Notes under the pieces: model-generated
What the model was told of the DNA's origin: nothing
Databases searched by the model: none
What the model saw: only the letters and a program-made list of their open reading frames with translations
Source of the DNA: Oxynema aestuarii AP17
GTDB lineage: Bacteria; Cyanobacteriota; Cyanobacteriia; Cyanobacteriales; Laspinemataceae
Assembly: GCF_012295525.1 (NCBI RefSeq)
Contig: NZ_CP051167.1
Span: 5,621,299-5,685,298 of the forward strand
Length of the DNA: 64,000 nt
Reading direction: 5' to 3'
Part shown: piece after piece, positions 29,347-40,497 of the stretch
Numbering within the stretch: the stretch's first letter is position 1
How the letters are laid out: each line of letters opens with the position of its first letter
Position numbers and translations under genes: made by a program

Positions 29347-31017
29347 TTACGAACTGGCACCGACTAAGGATTTTTTAGCGGTGTCAATTGGAGCCGACAA
29401 AGCCGCTTCTAAGTCCCCACAACCGAGACGTTCTTCTAAAATATTCATCACTTCTCGCCCGAAATCGTTGGGATTGCGCCGCCATGCTTCGAGGCAAACT
29501 TCACCGAAGAAAGAGCCGAGGGGTTCGGGATTCCACAGCAATTTGCGGGCGGTCCACGGCATCAAACTCATGGGATTGTAACCGGGTTTGAGAATGTCGT
29601 TATCGAAGGCGTATTCTTCGAGATGGGTGTGCGGTTGTAAGCCGATGAAAAAGATGGCGGGTTCGACTTTATCGGCGCCGAAAATGCGTTCGAGTTCGCG
29701 ATGATAGGCGATCGTTTGGCGGATTGTCTCGAAAGTTTCGTCGATGACGTTGAAGGAATAATTAACGGAAACGAGGTCGTTAAATCCGGCAGCTTTGAGG
29801 TCGCGGCAGTTTTCTAAAACCGTTCGCAGGTTGTAACCCATTCGCATTTTGCGAACGAGTTCTTGAGACCCACTGGTAATGCCGATTTCAAAGTAATTCA
29901 TCCCGGTTTTAACCATAAGATCGCACAGTTCGGGAGTGAGGTTATCGGCGCGAATGTAGGCGGCCCAGTGAATATCTTTCATCCCGGAAGCGAGGATTTT
30001 TTGCAGTAGCTCGATCGCGTCGTCGATGAATTTACGGGCGGGGATAAATTGGGCGTCGGTAAACCAGAAGTTGCGAATGCCGCGATCGTAAAGTTGCCGC
30101 ATTTCGGCGACGACTTCATCGGCGGGATTGATGCGAACTTGCTTACCTTCGATGACGGTATAAATGCAGTAGCAGCAGTTATGGGGACAGCCGCGTTTGG
30201 TTTGGACGCCGATGTAAAAGTCGCTTTCTTGCAGGTAATAGTTGAAGGCGGGCCAGATGGTTTCGATGTAGTCGTAGTTGCAGGCAGTTTTCTCGAAGTC
30301 GGTCGGTTTTTCGTGGATCATGCGATCGCGCGGTTCGGTTTGACCGACGATATAACAGCGTTCGTCGTCGAGGGAATCGCCGCGCAGCAGTTTTTCGAGG
30401 AGGGCTTCTCCTTCGCCGACGGAGACGATCGTTCCGTCGGGTAAGCTTTTGCCGAGTTGTTCGTAGAAAACGCTGACGGCGCCGCCGCCGACGACGGCGC
30501 GGGCGTCGGGATTGTAGGTTTTCGCCCGTTTTAAGCCGCGTTTAATTAAGCCGAGGTTGCGCCACAGTTCCGTATAGTAAGCGGTGGTAATTCGTAAGCC
30601 GCCCAGGGCGCCCCGAAGTTTGACGAGGGGATTGCGGGCGTAATAGAACTCGAAGGCGTATTGCAAGGGGTTGCCGCCGCGTCCGCCAACGGGGGCGTAA
30701 ATTTGAATGTCGCGCCAGGAGAAGACGAGTAAGCTCGGTTTGAACTCGTCGATCGCCCGATCGAGGGCGCTGGCAAAGTCGAGGGGTGGGATCGTTCCCA
30801 GGTCGAAGATCTGTTGTTCGACGTCGGGAAAGAGTTTGTGAATGCGATCGGCGAGGTAGACGACCCCGATGGGGAAGATCGGATTGCACGGGAGGCGGAC
30901 GTAAAGGATGCGATCGGTATTCATTTGGGTTTGAGAGGTTAGGGTGTTCGGTGCGTTAAGTTTTCTGAAAAGTTTTTCATATAACTTCACGATATCATTC
31001 CTGTCTGGGATCTGCAT
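29347..31017 (-). CDS. B12-binding-domain radical SAM enzyme.
   Basis: It has an N-terminal B12-binding region (…FPIGVVYLADRI…) and a CxxxCxxC motif (RGCPHNCCYC). Confidence 0.65.
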   Translation of the reverse strand: MQIPDRNDIVKLYEKLFRKLNAPNTLTSQTQMNTDRILYVRLPCNPIFPIGVVYLADRIHKLFPDVEQQIFDLGTIPPLDFASALDRAIDEFKPSLLVFSWRDIQIYAPVGGRGGNPLQYAFEFYYARNPLVKLRGALGGLRITTAYYTELWRNLGLIKRGLKRAKTYNPDARAVVGGGAVSVFYEQLGKSLPDGTIVSVGEGEALLEKLLRGDSLDDERCYIVGQTEPRDRMIHEKPTDFEKTACNYDYIETIWPAFNYYLQESDFYIGVQTKRGCPHNCCYCIYTVIEGKQVRINPADEVVAEMRQLYDRGIRNFWFTDAQFIPARKFIDDAIELLQKILASGMKDIHWAAYIRADNLTPELCDLMVKTGMNYFEIGITSGSQELVRKMRMGYNLRTVLENCRDLKAAGFNDLVSVNYSFNVIDETFETIRQTIAYHRELERIFGADKVEPAIFFIGLQPHTHLEEYAFDNDILKPGYNPMSLMPWTARKLLWNPEPLGSFFGEVCLEAWRRNPNDFGREVMNILEERLGCGDLEAALSAPIDTAKKSLVGASS

Positions 31018-31393
31018 CGGTGGTGCGCGGCGATTGCGATCGGGATCTGCTTTTTAACGGCGAGGTTGAGGGAACTTGGCCAAAAGTTGTGTTATTCATG
31101 CACGAATTAACCGAGGGCTTCGATCGCCCCTCCCAGCTCGATAGGGCGATCGGTTAATTGCATTGATTGAGGTGGAAACCACGGCAGTTAGAACCGCGAT
31201 CGTGGGGCGATCGCGGCGGGCGCCGAATAACGATTCTGGCTGGAGCGGGTCGGGTTTTTAAAAAAATCTTAAATTATTCATCAACTAATTTTTAAGTCGA
31301 ACCGTTGAAGAGATTTATTTCAGTTGGTAGTCGCCTTTACAGCCAGCCGGGATCGGGGAGTGTTAGGGTAAAAAATGTAATAAATCGTTTTAG

Positions 31394-31807
31394 GTGCAAA
31401 ACTCCTTAATCGTCATGGCACAAATTCTCGATCCCCTCCCGTCTGACCGTTCCGGTCGTATTCTGTGCTGCTACGTGAATGCAACGAGCAAAATCCAAAT
31501 TGCTCGTATCAGCAATATCCCAAATTGGTATTTTGAGCGAGTTGTGTTCCCCGGACAACGGTTAGTTTTTGAAGCCTTTTCAGAAGCCCTTTTAGAAATT
31601 CATACGGGCATGATGGCGAGTGCGATTTTATCGGATAAAATCCCTTGCACGCGCTTGCGAATTGCAGATAACGACTCGTCGGGATCGGAGGACTCTGGCG
31701 ACCCGATCGAGGAACCAACGCGCCCACAACCCAGACGGGAGAGCTATGACAAACGTCCGGCGATTACCGATCCACTCGCGGTAGCCGCTTTAACGACGAT
31801 TGCATAA
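31394..31807 (+). CDS. DUF1830-family cyanobacterial protein.
   Basis: RILCCYVNATSKIQIARISNIPNWYFERVVFPGQRL is the conserved DUF1830 core. Confidence 0.5.
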   Translation: MQNSLIVMAQILDPLPSDRSGRILCCYVNATSKIQIARISNIPNWYFERVVFPGQRLVFEAFSEALLEIHTGMMASAILSDKIPCTRLRIADNDSSGSEDSGDPIEEPTRPQPRRESYDKRPAITDPLAVAALTTIA

Positions 31808-31941
31808 AATAAAACTTTTCTAATGTTTTCATAAGAGGTGGCGGTCCGGCAGCGATCGCCACCTCCTATTATGATGGAGATCGTGGAAAGGGTGCGGGTC
31901 GTACCCGATTGTTGGGATCGAAGCCATCTAAGTCATAAGTT

Positions 31942-32376
31942 GTGGATTTACCGTCATTTCTTTGGTTGTGGAAAATTGCCGCGTGGTCGATGGGTTTGAC
32001 GATCGCCGCTTACGTGGTTTTAGCGACGACGGGATGGTTCGTTTTTAGAGCGAGAAAAGCTCGCCGCCGCCGCGTTTTACTCAAATCGATCCATCAAACC
32101 GTGGGCGTGGCGATCGTCGGTTTAGTATTACTGTTATTGGCGATCGGGATAGTCGGAACCCTCGGTCACTACGGTTCTTTGGGTCATTCTGTCCATCTGG
32201 TTGCCGGGTTGAGTACGGTAGTCCTCGTCTTACTCTCGGCGTGGAGTTCTACTCAAATCGCCCCCCGGCGTCCGTGGGCCCGAACCGTCCATGTCAGCAC
32301 AAATGTTACGCTGTTTTTCGTGCTGGCGTGGGTCTCGTGGACCGGGTGGTCCGTGGTTCAGAAATACCTGCCGTGA
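31942..32376 (+). CDS. Small integral membrane protein (3-4 TM helices).
   Basis: Hydrophobic segments are present. Confidence 0.45.
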   Translation: MDLPSFLWLWKIAAWSMGLTIAAYVVLATTGWFVFRARKARRRRVLLKSIHQTVGVAIVGLVLLLLAIGIVGTLGHYGSLGHSVHLVAGLSTVVLVLLSAWSSTQIAPRRPWARTVHVSTNVTLFFVLAWVSWTGWSVVQKYLP

Positions 32377-32424
32377 ATTTTGCGATTCTCATATAACATA
32401 ATCAGGGTGTTTTCTTTGTAAAGT

Positions 32425-33015
32425 TTGGTTAACCCAGTGATGCAACGAGATCGCCTTCAAGGGGACTTGACCTTTCCCCGCACGTTTCGGATTTCTCCTT
32501 TAATTCGCCTGACTCTCGGCAGTCTCTATTTGGCGTTAACGTTGCCCTTGCCGTTTTTGGCGCGAGCGACCGAGGCGCCCGTCCCGGCGAGTGGCTTGGG
32601 GTTGGGGATCGCCATGGGCGCGATCGCCCTCTACGCCGCCTTCAGCGATCGCGTGACAGTCACCGAAGAGGCGATCGAAGTGAGCTATCCGGCGTGGGTG
32701 CCGCGTCTGTTCCGTAAAGGTTGGCGCCTGCGTTGGGACGAGGTCGCCGATCTCAAAGCGCGCACGACAGGTCAGGGCGGCTTGCTCTACTATTTTCTGA
32801 GCCAATCGGGACAGGGTTACTTACTGCCGATGCGGGTGGCGGGATTTGCCCAGTTGGCGCGCGCGGTGGAGGCGAAAACCGGGATCGATACGGCAGACGT
32901 GAAGCCGTTGTCGCAACCGTGGATGTATTTGATCTTGCTGGGACTGACGGTGTTGCTGCTACTCGTCGATGGTTGGACGATCGCCACCGCGATCGCATCG
33001 GAGCCTATCCTATAA
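32425..33015 (+). CDS. Integral membrane protein (hypothetical).
   Basis: Hydrophobic segments are present, and it shares strand and orientation with the downstream ABC ATPase. Confidence 0.45.
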   Translation: MVNPVMQRDRLQGDLTFPRTFRISPLIRLTLGSLYLALTLPLPFLARATEAPVPASGLGLGIAMGAIALYAAFSDRVTVTEEAIEVSYPAWVPRLFRKGWRLRWDEVADLKARTTGQGGLLYYFLSQSGQGYLLPMRVAGFAQLARAVEAKTGIDTADVKPLSQPWMYLILLGLTVLLLLVDGWTIATAIASEPIL

Positions 33016-33047
33016 TTTACGTATATGAAAGTTGAGAACTATCTCCC

Positions 33048-33818
33048 GTGTCCGAGTCTTCTCTATTAAAGCTCGAAGCCGTCAGCGTCCGCACCAAGTT
33101 AGGGTCGAGTTATTTACTCAACAAGATTTCCTTCGAGATCGAGGGTCCCGAGGACGGCGATCGCCCGTTACCCCGAGTGGCGATCGTCGGATCCAACGGC
33201 TCGGGGAAAACGACCTTATTGCGAATCCTCAACCGCTCCATCTCTCCGAGTGAGGGAACCGTTTATCTCGAAGGTCGTCCGGCCCGCGAGGTCGATCCCC
33301 TGCAATGGCGTCAGGACGTAGTGTTAGTGTTGCAAGAGGCGAAACTGTTGGGAATGACGGCGCGCGAGGCGATCGCCTATCCCTTGAAATTACGCAAGCT
33401 GGCACGATCGCACATTCAACAAAGGATGACCACCTGGATCGAGCGCCTCGAAATTCCCAACGAATGGCTCGATCGCGGGGAAACCCAACTTTCCGGAGGT
33501 CAGCGCCAATGGATCGCCCTCTGTCGCGCCTTAGTCCTCCAGCCGAAAATCTTACTCTTAGACGAACCGACCAGTGCCTTGGATAACAAGCGCACGGCTG
33601 AAATCTTGACCCTCCTCAAAACCCTTTCCGATACGGGCCAAACCACGACCGTCGTCGTCAACCATCAATTAGAATTTGTCGAACAATTTTGCGATCGCCT
33701 GCTCTACCTGCAAGAGGGCGAGCTTCGCAGCGATCTCGACAGCAGCCAGGTGGATTGGTCTGCCATCCGAGGGCAACTTCTCGAAGCCAAGATCGAGTCA
33801 GAGCGCGAGTGGAGCTAG
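33048..33818 (+). CDS. ABC transporter ATP-binding protein.
   Basis: Walker A GSNGSGKTT, ABC signature LSGGQRQ and Walker B LLLDEPTSALD are present. Confidence 0.8.
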   Translation: MSESSLLKLEAVSVRTKLGSSYLLNKISFEIEGPEDGDRPLPRVAIVGSNGSGKTTLLRILNRSISPSEGTVYLEGRPAREVDPLQWRQDVVLVLQEAKLLGMTAREAIAYPLKLRKLARSHIQQRMTTWIERLEIPNEWLDRGETQLSGGQRQWIALCRALVLQPKILLLDEPTSALDNKRTAEILTLLKTLSDTGQTTTVVVNHQLEFVEQFCDRLLYLQEGELRSDLDSSQVDWSAIRGQLLEAKIESEREWS

Positions 33819-33844
33819 CGATCGACGCTGGGGATCGCATCGGG

Positions 33845-34645
33845 TTAGCGCGCCTCGCTGACGCCGACCTGGGATAAATGACGCAAGGTTAATTTTTTGT
33901 GTTGGGAGACCTCTCCATGATGTTGTCCGTTATGTTGGTTGACTTTCCCGTTGCTGTTAATCATCTCCACATTGAAACGGTAACCGACATTGCGAACGGT
34001 TTGAATCAAACTCGGTTGGCGCGGGTCCGTTTCAATTTTTTTGCGTAAAGAGAGAACGTGAGTGTCGATCGTGCGGGGATTGTCAATGGCGTCGGGCCAA
34101 GCTCTGCGTAACAGTTCCGGGCGACTCATGGGAACGCCCCCCGCTTGGGCGAGGACGTAGAGCAGGCTGAATTCTTGAGGAGTCAAGTCGATCGACTCGT
34201 TTTTCATGCGAACGCGACGTTGAACCAAGTCAATTTGTAAATCGCCGTAGTCTAAAGCGGCGGGAGGAGTCATCCGTCGGTAACGGCGTACCATCGCTTC
34301 GATGCGAGCCAGAAACTCTTGCATTCCAAAGGGTTTGCGTAAGTAGTCGTCGGCTCCAGCTTTCAAGCCTTCGACGATATCGGCTTCCGTATTGCGCGCC
34401 GACAGGATCAAGATCATCGACGGTTGCTGTCCTTGCAGCCATCGGCAGAATTCGACCCCATCGCCGTCGGGCAGTTCGGAATCTAAAATCACCAGTGTCG
34501 GCTGGCGATTGCAGACGATCTCGCGTCCGTGGCGCAGGTCGGCGGCTTGATGGACGCCATAGCCGACTTGCTGTAAGTGCCACGCTAACAGCGATCGCAG
34601 ATGAGGATTGCCCTCGATAATTAAAATACTAATCGATCCAACCAC
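33845..34645 (-). CDS. OmpR-family two-component response regulator (receiver + winged-helix).
   Basis: The receiver domain is …LVILDSELPDGDG…, and …TVRNVGYRF is the C-terminal winged-helix signature. Confidence 0.8.
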   Translation of the reverse strand: MVGSISILIIEGNPHLRSLLAWHLQQVGYGVHQAADLRHGREIVCNRQPTLVILDSELPDGDGVEFCRWLQGQQPSMILILSARNTEADIVEGLKAGADDYLRKPFGMQEFLARIEAMVRRYRRMTPPAALDYGDLQIDLVQRRVRMKNESIDLTPQEFSLLYVLAQAGGVPMSRPELLRRAWPDAIDNPRTIDTHVLSLRKKIETDPRQPSLIQTVRNVGYRFNVEMINSNGKVNQHNGQHHGEVSQHKKLTLRHLSQVGVSEAR

Positions 34646-35497
34646 CAGTATTTTGTAGCATCACCAACCCCGTTCGTTCGGCGAAAGGGGAATTGACGCT
34701 ACCCTCCTTTTGCAGTTCTTGAACAATGGACAGGATGACCTGCGGCTCCTGTTTCGGTCTGTGCTGTCGGGCTTTCTCGCCGCATCGAGAATCCCCGTGG
34801 GGGGAGAAGGGCGATCGCTCGCCACGGCCCGCAGACTGCACTCGATCTCCGACTTCGCACTTCGAGCGATCGCCCTCGGTGCTTAGGTTTGCTGAAGTTC
34901 GAGCTAGTGAGATTTAGGTTAACAGAGCTTTTGTCAAGGTTTTGTAACTTCCGCTACCCAAAATAACACTCTTATGCTAGGGAAATGCGAAGACAGCGCC
35001 AAAACCGATCGGCTCCGACGATCGCCCTTCCCGACGAGTGAGTAGGGCGATCGCTTGGAGAGAAATTTGCTTATAGGTAAAATGTAAACAGGATCGGCAT
35101 CCAAGACGGTTCTGCTCGAACAATTTTGAATTCAATCCGATCTAAATTGTTTTCCATCGGCATCGATCCCGGGTTCGAGGGGCGATCCTCCTGTCCTCCT
35201 CCCTCCGATCGCCGGGGATCGATGCGCCCCCTCGGACATCGCCGATCGAAAACGAACAATTTGGACCGCGATCGCGTCAGTTAATCTCAAAAAGGCGACC
35301 CTTGGAGGAATTTCCCCCATCGAACCCGACTCTCAACCTCAATGGCTTCGCTATACTACTAAAGAATGTTGGAACGAGAATGTTGAAACCCCTGATTATA
35401 TCCACAATTGAAATTGTTCGCTGAGGATTCGCCTTAGCGTACGGGTAAATTCCTACAACCGTTGTATTTTGCATTTACCGACTTTGAGGACAAAACC

Positions 35498-35749
35498 ATG
35501 CTTCAGGATGCCACGACAATCCGCCACTACCAGAAGTTAACCGATTCTCTCGTCGATTTGTGGAATCGAGGGTATCGCTTTGACGATCTGAGACTCTATG
35601 TGGATGGATATATTACTGCATTGCGCCAAACGAACACGATCGAGCCGTATCTCGTTCACAGATTGGAAGAAGAACTCGCTCGTTTCATCTACGATCCGTC
35701 CAACTTCGAGGCGGTTCCCCAGCCGCAACCGGAAACGGGTTACTATTGA
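35498..35749 (+). CDS. Small conserved hypothetical protein.
   Basis: There is an ORF with an SD GAGGA 7 nt upstream of the ATG. Confidence 0.35.
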   Translation: MLQDATTIRHYQKLTDSLVDLWNRGYRFDDLRLYVDGYITALRQTNTIEPYLVHRLEEELARFIYDPSNFEAVPQPQPETGYY

Positions 35750-35988
35750 CGGCTTGAATCGAGCTCGTTCGGTCTAAAACCCCCATCCACAGCACGGAGA
35801 CGAAACCCAAGCGTACCGGATTCGCTGCTGTGGATTTTTGCGATCTCTCCAACATAGGGAGATCGCCTCGGCAAAACTGTCATCGGCGATACATTCGAGC
35901 CGCGATCGCCTTTTTGTGCGGCAAAAAGCCCCTCGGCGTGCAGAAAACAACGATCCGAAGGGCTAGTTTCACTCAAAACACTCAACGC

Positions 35989-36312
35989 TTAAGAAGCGAG
36001 AGCCACTTCTACCATTTGCGGCAATTCGCCACTTTGATAAAGCTCGATAATAATATCGGAACCGCCGACAAACTCGCCATTAATGTAAACTTGCGGGATC
36101 GTCGGCCAGTTAGAATACTCCTTAATGCCCTGGCGAATTTCGTAGTCTTCGAGAACGTCAAAGGTTTCAAAAGGAACGCCGAGGGTGTTAAAGATTTGGA
36201 CGACGTTATTCGAGAAACCGCATTGGGGCATTAACTTGTTGCCCTTCATGAAAATGGCGATTTTGCTGCCGTTGATAAAGCTTTCGATGCGTTGTTTGAG
36301 TTCTGGAGTCAT
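35989..36312 (-). CDS. grxD: Monothiol (CGFS-type) glutaredoxin, Grx4/GrxD family.
   Basis: The active-site motif CGFS and …TIPQVYINGEFVGGSDI are present. Confidence 0.85.
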   Translation of the reverse strand: MTPELKQRIESFINGSKIAIFMKGNKLMPQCGFSNNVVQIFNTLGVPFETFDVLEDYEIRQGIKEYSNWPTIPQVYINGEFVGGSDIIIELYQSGELPQMVEVALAS

Positions 36313-36402
36313 GATCGTGATTAAAATTGCGCTGTCGTCTGAAAAAGCGGTCGGTGGATCTGCGAAAATCCCACGCCAGTTTTAGTGTATCGTTCCCCGA
36401 GT

Positions 36403-36663
36403 TCAAGCGGCGCCGTGGGCGGCAGCCCAGGTTTTCGGGGTATACGTTTTCATCGTCAAGGCGTGGATGGCTTCAGAAGAAAGGGCGTCTTTCAATGCCC
36501 CATAAACAAGCTGGTGTTGCTTGACCAGACTTTGGCCTTCAAAAGCAGAAGAGACAACGATCACTTGGTAGTGATCCCGGGTTCCCGTTAAATCTTCCAC
36601 TTGAACCACCGCATCGGCTAATTGAGCTTCGAGGGTATTTTTAACTTGTTCGGGGCTGACCAT
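36403..36663 (-). CDS. bolA: BolA-family protein, the classic partner of monothiol Grx.
   Basis: The length and the motif …[12 protein letters not shown]…HALT fit BolA, and it is adjacent to a CGFS glutaredoxin. Confidence 0.7.
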   Translation of the reverse strand: MVSPEQVKNTLEAQLADAVVQVEDLTGTRDHYQVIVVSSAFEGQSLVKQHQLVYGALKDALSSEAIHALTMKTYTPKTWAAAHGAA

Positions 36664-37349
36664 TGCTCCTCCTTGGGATAGGGTGTACCTCTGACATCCT
36701 TCCGATACTGATGCTTCGCATACAGCGCGGGGTTCCCAAGCTAACCACTGCCCTTTCGAGGTAAGCCCTAATCAGGTCTTCCGTGGTTATGTCCTATCCG
36801 AGCGCACTAGCACTAGAAAATTGCCTGGCTATCTAGATACCCGCTTACGGATAGCGCTCTGGGCGTTTTCTCCATTTCAGGAGAGGTTCGGGTATGCCCT
36901 ACCCTACCTGCCTTACGGCGTAAATTCGCTTTTTCATTCAGCCGAGTGACGGCTTACTGAGCTGTTTTGAGAGCGATCGCTATAAGAATGCCCTTTACAA
37001 TTACTATTTTCCGTTCGAGAGTGCTGCATTGTTTCAGCAGGATTTTTACGGGTAGAACGCGAGCTTTCTCGCGGATTCAGGTCAAATCTGAATGACTTTA
37101 ATTTATCATTTAGACGCGATCGCCGATCGCCCCGAACGGACGATCGCCCGGGGATCGCCACTGCCTCGACGGGGGAGAGGGACGCCGGACTCCGAGGCGC
37201 TCTCCACGGCTGACCCTTTCCCTACAAGCCCGTCAAACCGGGGCGATCGCCCGATCGCCGCTCCTTCGCACAGACCCCCTCGGCGAGGGCGATTCGCAAA
37301 AATCTCCAACCTAATCCCCAATCGGATTGATAGCTGCGATTGGAAAGAT

Positions 37350-37967
37350 TTAATTTGAAGAGGTCGGTTGCTGGGGATAGGGAGAATCCACAAATCCGAG
37401 TTCGAGCAACTGTTGGTAAGCTTGTTGTCCCAAGTCGCGGGTCGGTTGTTGACTTTGAATAATTTGAATTAACAACGGAACCGCTAATTCCGGTTGATTT
37501 TGGGCGCGATGGACCAACGCCAACTGAAACGTAGCGCGATCGCGCATTTGTGCCGTTTCTAATGCCTTCGTGCGTTGGGCCGACGAAATCCGGTTATCGA
37601 TCCCGTTGAAACTCGAAGCGAGTTGCTGGTGAAAATTAGAAAGCTGATTGAAAATTTCCCGCGATTGCTGGAGCTTTTGAATCGCCAGGGCGTAATCTTG
37701 TTGGGCGACGGCATCCCCAGCTTCACTCATCAACCGTTCTCCGGCTTCGACACTGAGGAGGGTGTTGTCTTGAGCGAGGGGGCGCAAATTATTCGGATCC
37801 TCGATTTCCGGTTCGCTATTCGCCGCGCTCGGCGTCGAATTGTTCGATCCGGCAGGGGCTTGAATGCGATCGAAACTGTCCGGTTCCGAGACTTCTTGAG
37901 CGGAGGCGATCGCCCCTGGCAGCAGGAGAAGCGCCGTTAACAACGGTAAAGAGAACCACCCCGTCAT
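37350..37967 (-). CDS. Secreted hypothetical protein with a signal peptide (MTGWFSLPLLTALLLLPGAIASA).
   Basis: It has a signal peptide followed by low-complexity Q/A-rich sequence. Confidence 0.4.
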   Translation of the reverse strand: MTGWFSLPLLTALLLLPGAIASAQEVSEPDSFDRIQAPAGSNNSTPSAANSEPEIEDPNNLRPLAQDNTLLSVEAGERLMSEAGDAVAQQDYALAIQKLQQSREIFNQLSNFHQQLASSFNGIDNRISSAQRTKALETAQMRDRATFQLALVHRAQNQPELAVPLLIQIIQSQQPTRDLGQQAYQQLLELGFVDSPYPQQPTSSN

Positions 37968-38153
37968 GCGAGTTGGGTTGAGCTGGAAAGCAGATCCCAT
38001 AGAGTACCTTGGCGTGTGTGGAGAAAACACAATAGCGAGAAACGTAAAGTATCTTAACATTGCTAGGTCTCAAGTCAGTTCTTATCCCCAAAAACTTACC
38101 AGAGGCGTGGATGGAGATTTTAGATTTTAGATTTTAGATTGGAGGAATCGGGG

Positions 38154-40472
38154 ATGGCGAAGGGTCGCTCCTCGGAGGGGATCGACGTAAATCCTAGTCG
38201 TTTGTTCGCCAAGGGGGGCGATCGCCCGATCTATCTTTATTTTTTCCAGAGCCGCCATGCAAAACTGGATAAAAAGTGGCAGATATGGAGATATGGAGTC
38301 AAGCTCATGAGCGATCCTGTCAATCCGTCCGATCGCGTCCGTACTGACTGGCACGGGATCGGCGTCAACGACCGCGACCTCGGCACGATCCTGCAGCGCG
38401 GTGGCGAAGAATTAATCTTACTCAAACTCGAAGATCGCTTTACCGCCTCCCCCGCCGATCCCGAGGCGCCGCGAACCTGGATCGAGCGAGTCGGCGCTAC
38501 CCCCGTCAAACGAGTTCCCAACACCCCCCTCGAAGAATTCACCACCGACCCCGCCAACTTAGACCGCGCCATGCAACAGGCGCGAGACTTGCCCGAAATT
38601 GCTTTTGTCAGCCACGTCTACCGGGTAGAAAACAATCCGGGAAGCTGGGTTTACCTGACCGACGAACTGACGATCCAATTTGCCCGAGATGTGGATACCG
38701 AGCGCGTCGCGGCGATCGTGGCGGCGGTCGGCGTGCAAGTTCAACGGCCCTTAGCCGGGATTCCCAACACCTTTATCTGCAAAGTCAGCCGCGACGCCAC
38801 CGAAAACCCGGTCAAAATTGCCAATCGGCTGATGCGCGACGAGGGCGTCCTCACCGCCGAACCGAACATCTCGATCGCCTCGGTCCACCACTACCAACCC
38901 AAAGACCCCCTCTATTCCCAACAGTGGTATCTCTTCAATCGGGGTGGGTCGGCCCTGTCCCCAGAAGCCCACATCGACATTGAAAAAGCCTGGGACATTA
39001 CCCGAGGGATTCGATCGGTCGTGGTCGCCATCGCCGACGACTCGATCGACCTCAACCACCCGGATTTTCAGGGGGCGGGCAAGATCGTCGCCCCGCGAGA
39101 CTTCAAAGACCGCGATTTTCTGCCCCTTCCCGAACAACAGTCCGACAATCACGGAACCGGGTGCGCCGGAGTCGCCGTCGCCGAAGAAACTGGGGAGGGA
39201 GTGGTCGGCGTCGCCCCCGGTTGCGCCTTGATGCCCCTTCGCACCACGGGGTATCTCGACGACGACGCGATCGAGCAGTTGTTCGATTGGGCGATCCAAA
39301 AAGGGGCCGCCGTGATTTCCTGTAGCTGGGGACCGTCCGCCGTTTACTTTCCCCTCTCCTTGCGCCAGCGCGCCGTCATCACCCGCGCCGCCACCGAAGG
39401 ACGCAACGGGAAAGGCTGTGTCATCGTGTTCGCGGCGGGGAATGCCAATCGCCCGATTGACGGTACGGTGAACGAACGGGGATGGCCCAAGGACGTGTTG
39501 AGCGGTCCGACTCAGTGGCTCAACGGTTTCGCGATTCACCCGGACGCGATCGCCGTTTCCGCCTCCACCTCGCTCAATAAAAAAGCCGCCTATAGTAACT
39601 GGGGGAAAAGTATTTGCGTGTGCGCGCCGAGTAATAACGCGCCGCCGGGAATGTGGCTGCCCGAAACTGGCCCGGTGGCGACGCCGCCGGAAATTCGCCA
39701 CAGTATGCCCGGTTTGGGGGTGTTTACGACCGATCGCGTCGGCGTTGCCGGATACGACCAAACCGACTATACCGGGTATTTTGGTGGCACGTCGAGCGCC
39801 TGTCCGGTGGTGGCGGGAGTGGCGGCGTTGGTGCTGTCGGTCAATCCCGACTTGACGGCGGCCCAGGTCAAGCAGATTTTGCAACAGAGTGCGGATAAAA
39901 TTGTCGATCGCGATACGGACCCGCAGTTAGGTCACTGTCTCGGTTGTTACGACGATGACGGTCACTGCGACTGGTTCGGTTACGGCAAAGTCAATGCGTA
40001 TAAAGCGGTACGGACGGCCCGGCGCTTGTTCGCTCAGCCGTTTGTGGGAACGCGACAAGTCCACGGAAAAAATAACCGCCGGGTGGAGATTCCCGACGGG
40101 GTGACCGGACAAGAACGGGGGTTTTCTCTCAATTGGTTCGGCGATCGCGATCGCGCCGGAGTGACCAGCGAAATTGCCATCGACGAGAACAGTGTCGTCC
40201 GCGATTTGCGGGTCAGAGTGGCGATCGAGCATGGTTTTGCCGGGGATTTGGAACTGTATTTAACGGCCCCGGACGGTCAAACGGTGCAGTTACAAGACCG
40301 AACCCTCGGCAATCCGGGGAAAGTCGATCGCCTCTATTCCTTGGAAACTACGCCGACGTTGAGAAAACTCTGCAATCGGAGTGCGAAGGGAGTGTGGAAG
40401 TTATGGGCGATCGATTGCGTTCCCGGGGATACGGGATGGATCGATCGCTGGGAGTTGACCCTTACGGTTTGA
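38154..40472 (+). CDS. Subtilisin-like serine protease (S8) with an N-terminal about 250-aa domain and a C-terminal proprotein-convertase P-domain.
   Basis: The catalytic triad contexts are DDSIDLNHPDF, HGTGCAGV and GTSSACPVVAG. The P-domain is …DLRVRVAIEHGFAGDLELYLTAPDG. The SD GGAGG lies 8 nt upstream of the ATG at 38154. Confidence 0.8.
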   Translation: MAKGRSSEGIDVNPSRLFAKGGDRPIYLYFFQSRHAKLDKKWQIWRYGVKLMSDPVNPSDRVRTDWHGIGVNDRDLGTILQRGGEELILLKLEDRFTASPADPEAPRTWIERVGATPVKRVPNTPLEEFTTDPANLDRAMQQARDLPEIAFVSHVYRVENNPGSWVYLTDELTIQFARDVDTERVAAIVAAVGVQVQRPLAGIPNTFICKVSRDATENPVKIANRLMRDEGVLTAEPNISIASVHHYQPKDPLYSQQWYLFNRGGSALSPEAHIDIEKAWDITRGIRSVVVAIADDSIDLNHPDFQGAGKIVAPRDFKDRDFLPLPEQQSDNHGTGCAGVAVAEETGEGVVGVAPGCALMPLRTTGYLDDDAIEQLFDWAIQKGAAVISCSWGPSAVYFPLSLRQRAVITRAATEGRNGKGCVIVFAAGNANRPIDGTVNERGWPKDVLSGPTQWLNGFAIHPDAIAVSASTSLNKKAAYSNWGKSICVCAPSNNAPPGMWLPETGPVATPPEIRHSMPGLGVFTTDRVGVAGYDQTDYTGYFGGTSSACPVVAGVAALVLSVNPDLTAAQVKQILQQSADKIVDRDTDPQLGHCLGCYDDDGHCDWFGYGKVNAYKAVRTARRLFAQPFVGTRQVHGKNNRRVEIPDGVTGQERGFSLNWFGDRDRAGVTSEIAIDENSVVRDLRVRVAIEHGFAGDLELYLTAPDGQTVQLQDRTLGNPGKVDRLYSLETTPTLRKLCNRSAKGVWKLWAIDCVPGDTGWIDRWELTLTV

Positions 40473-40497
40473 CCCGACCCGCCGAGGCGGTTGAGGA

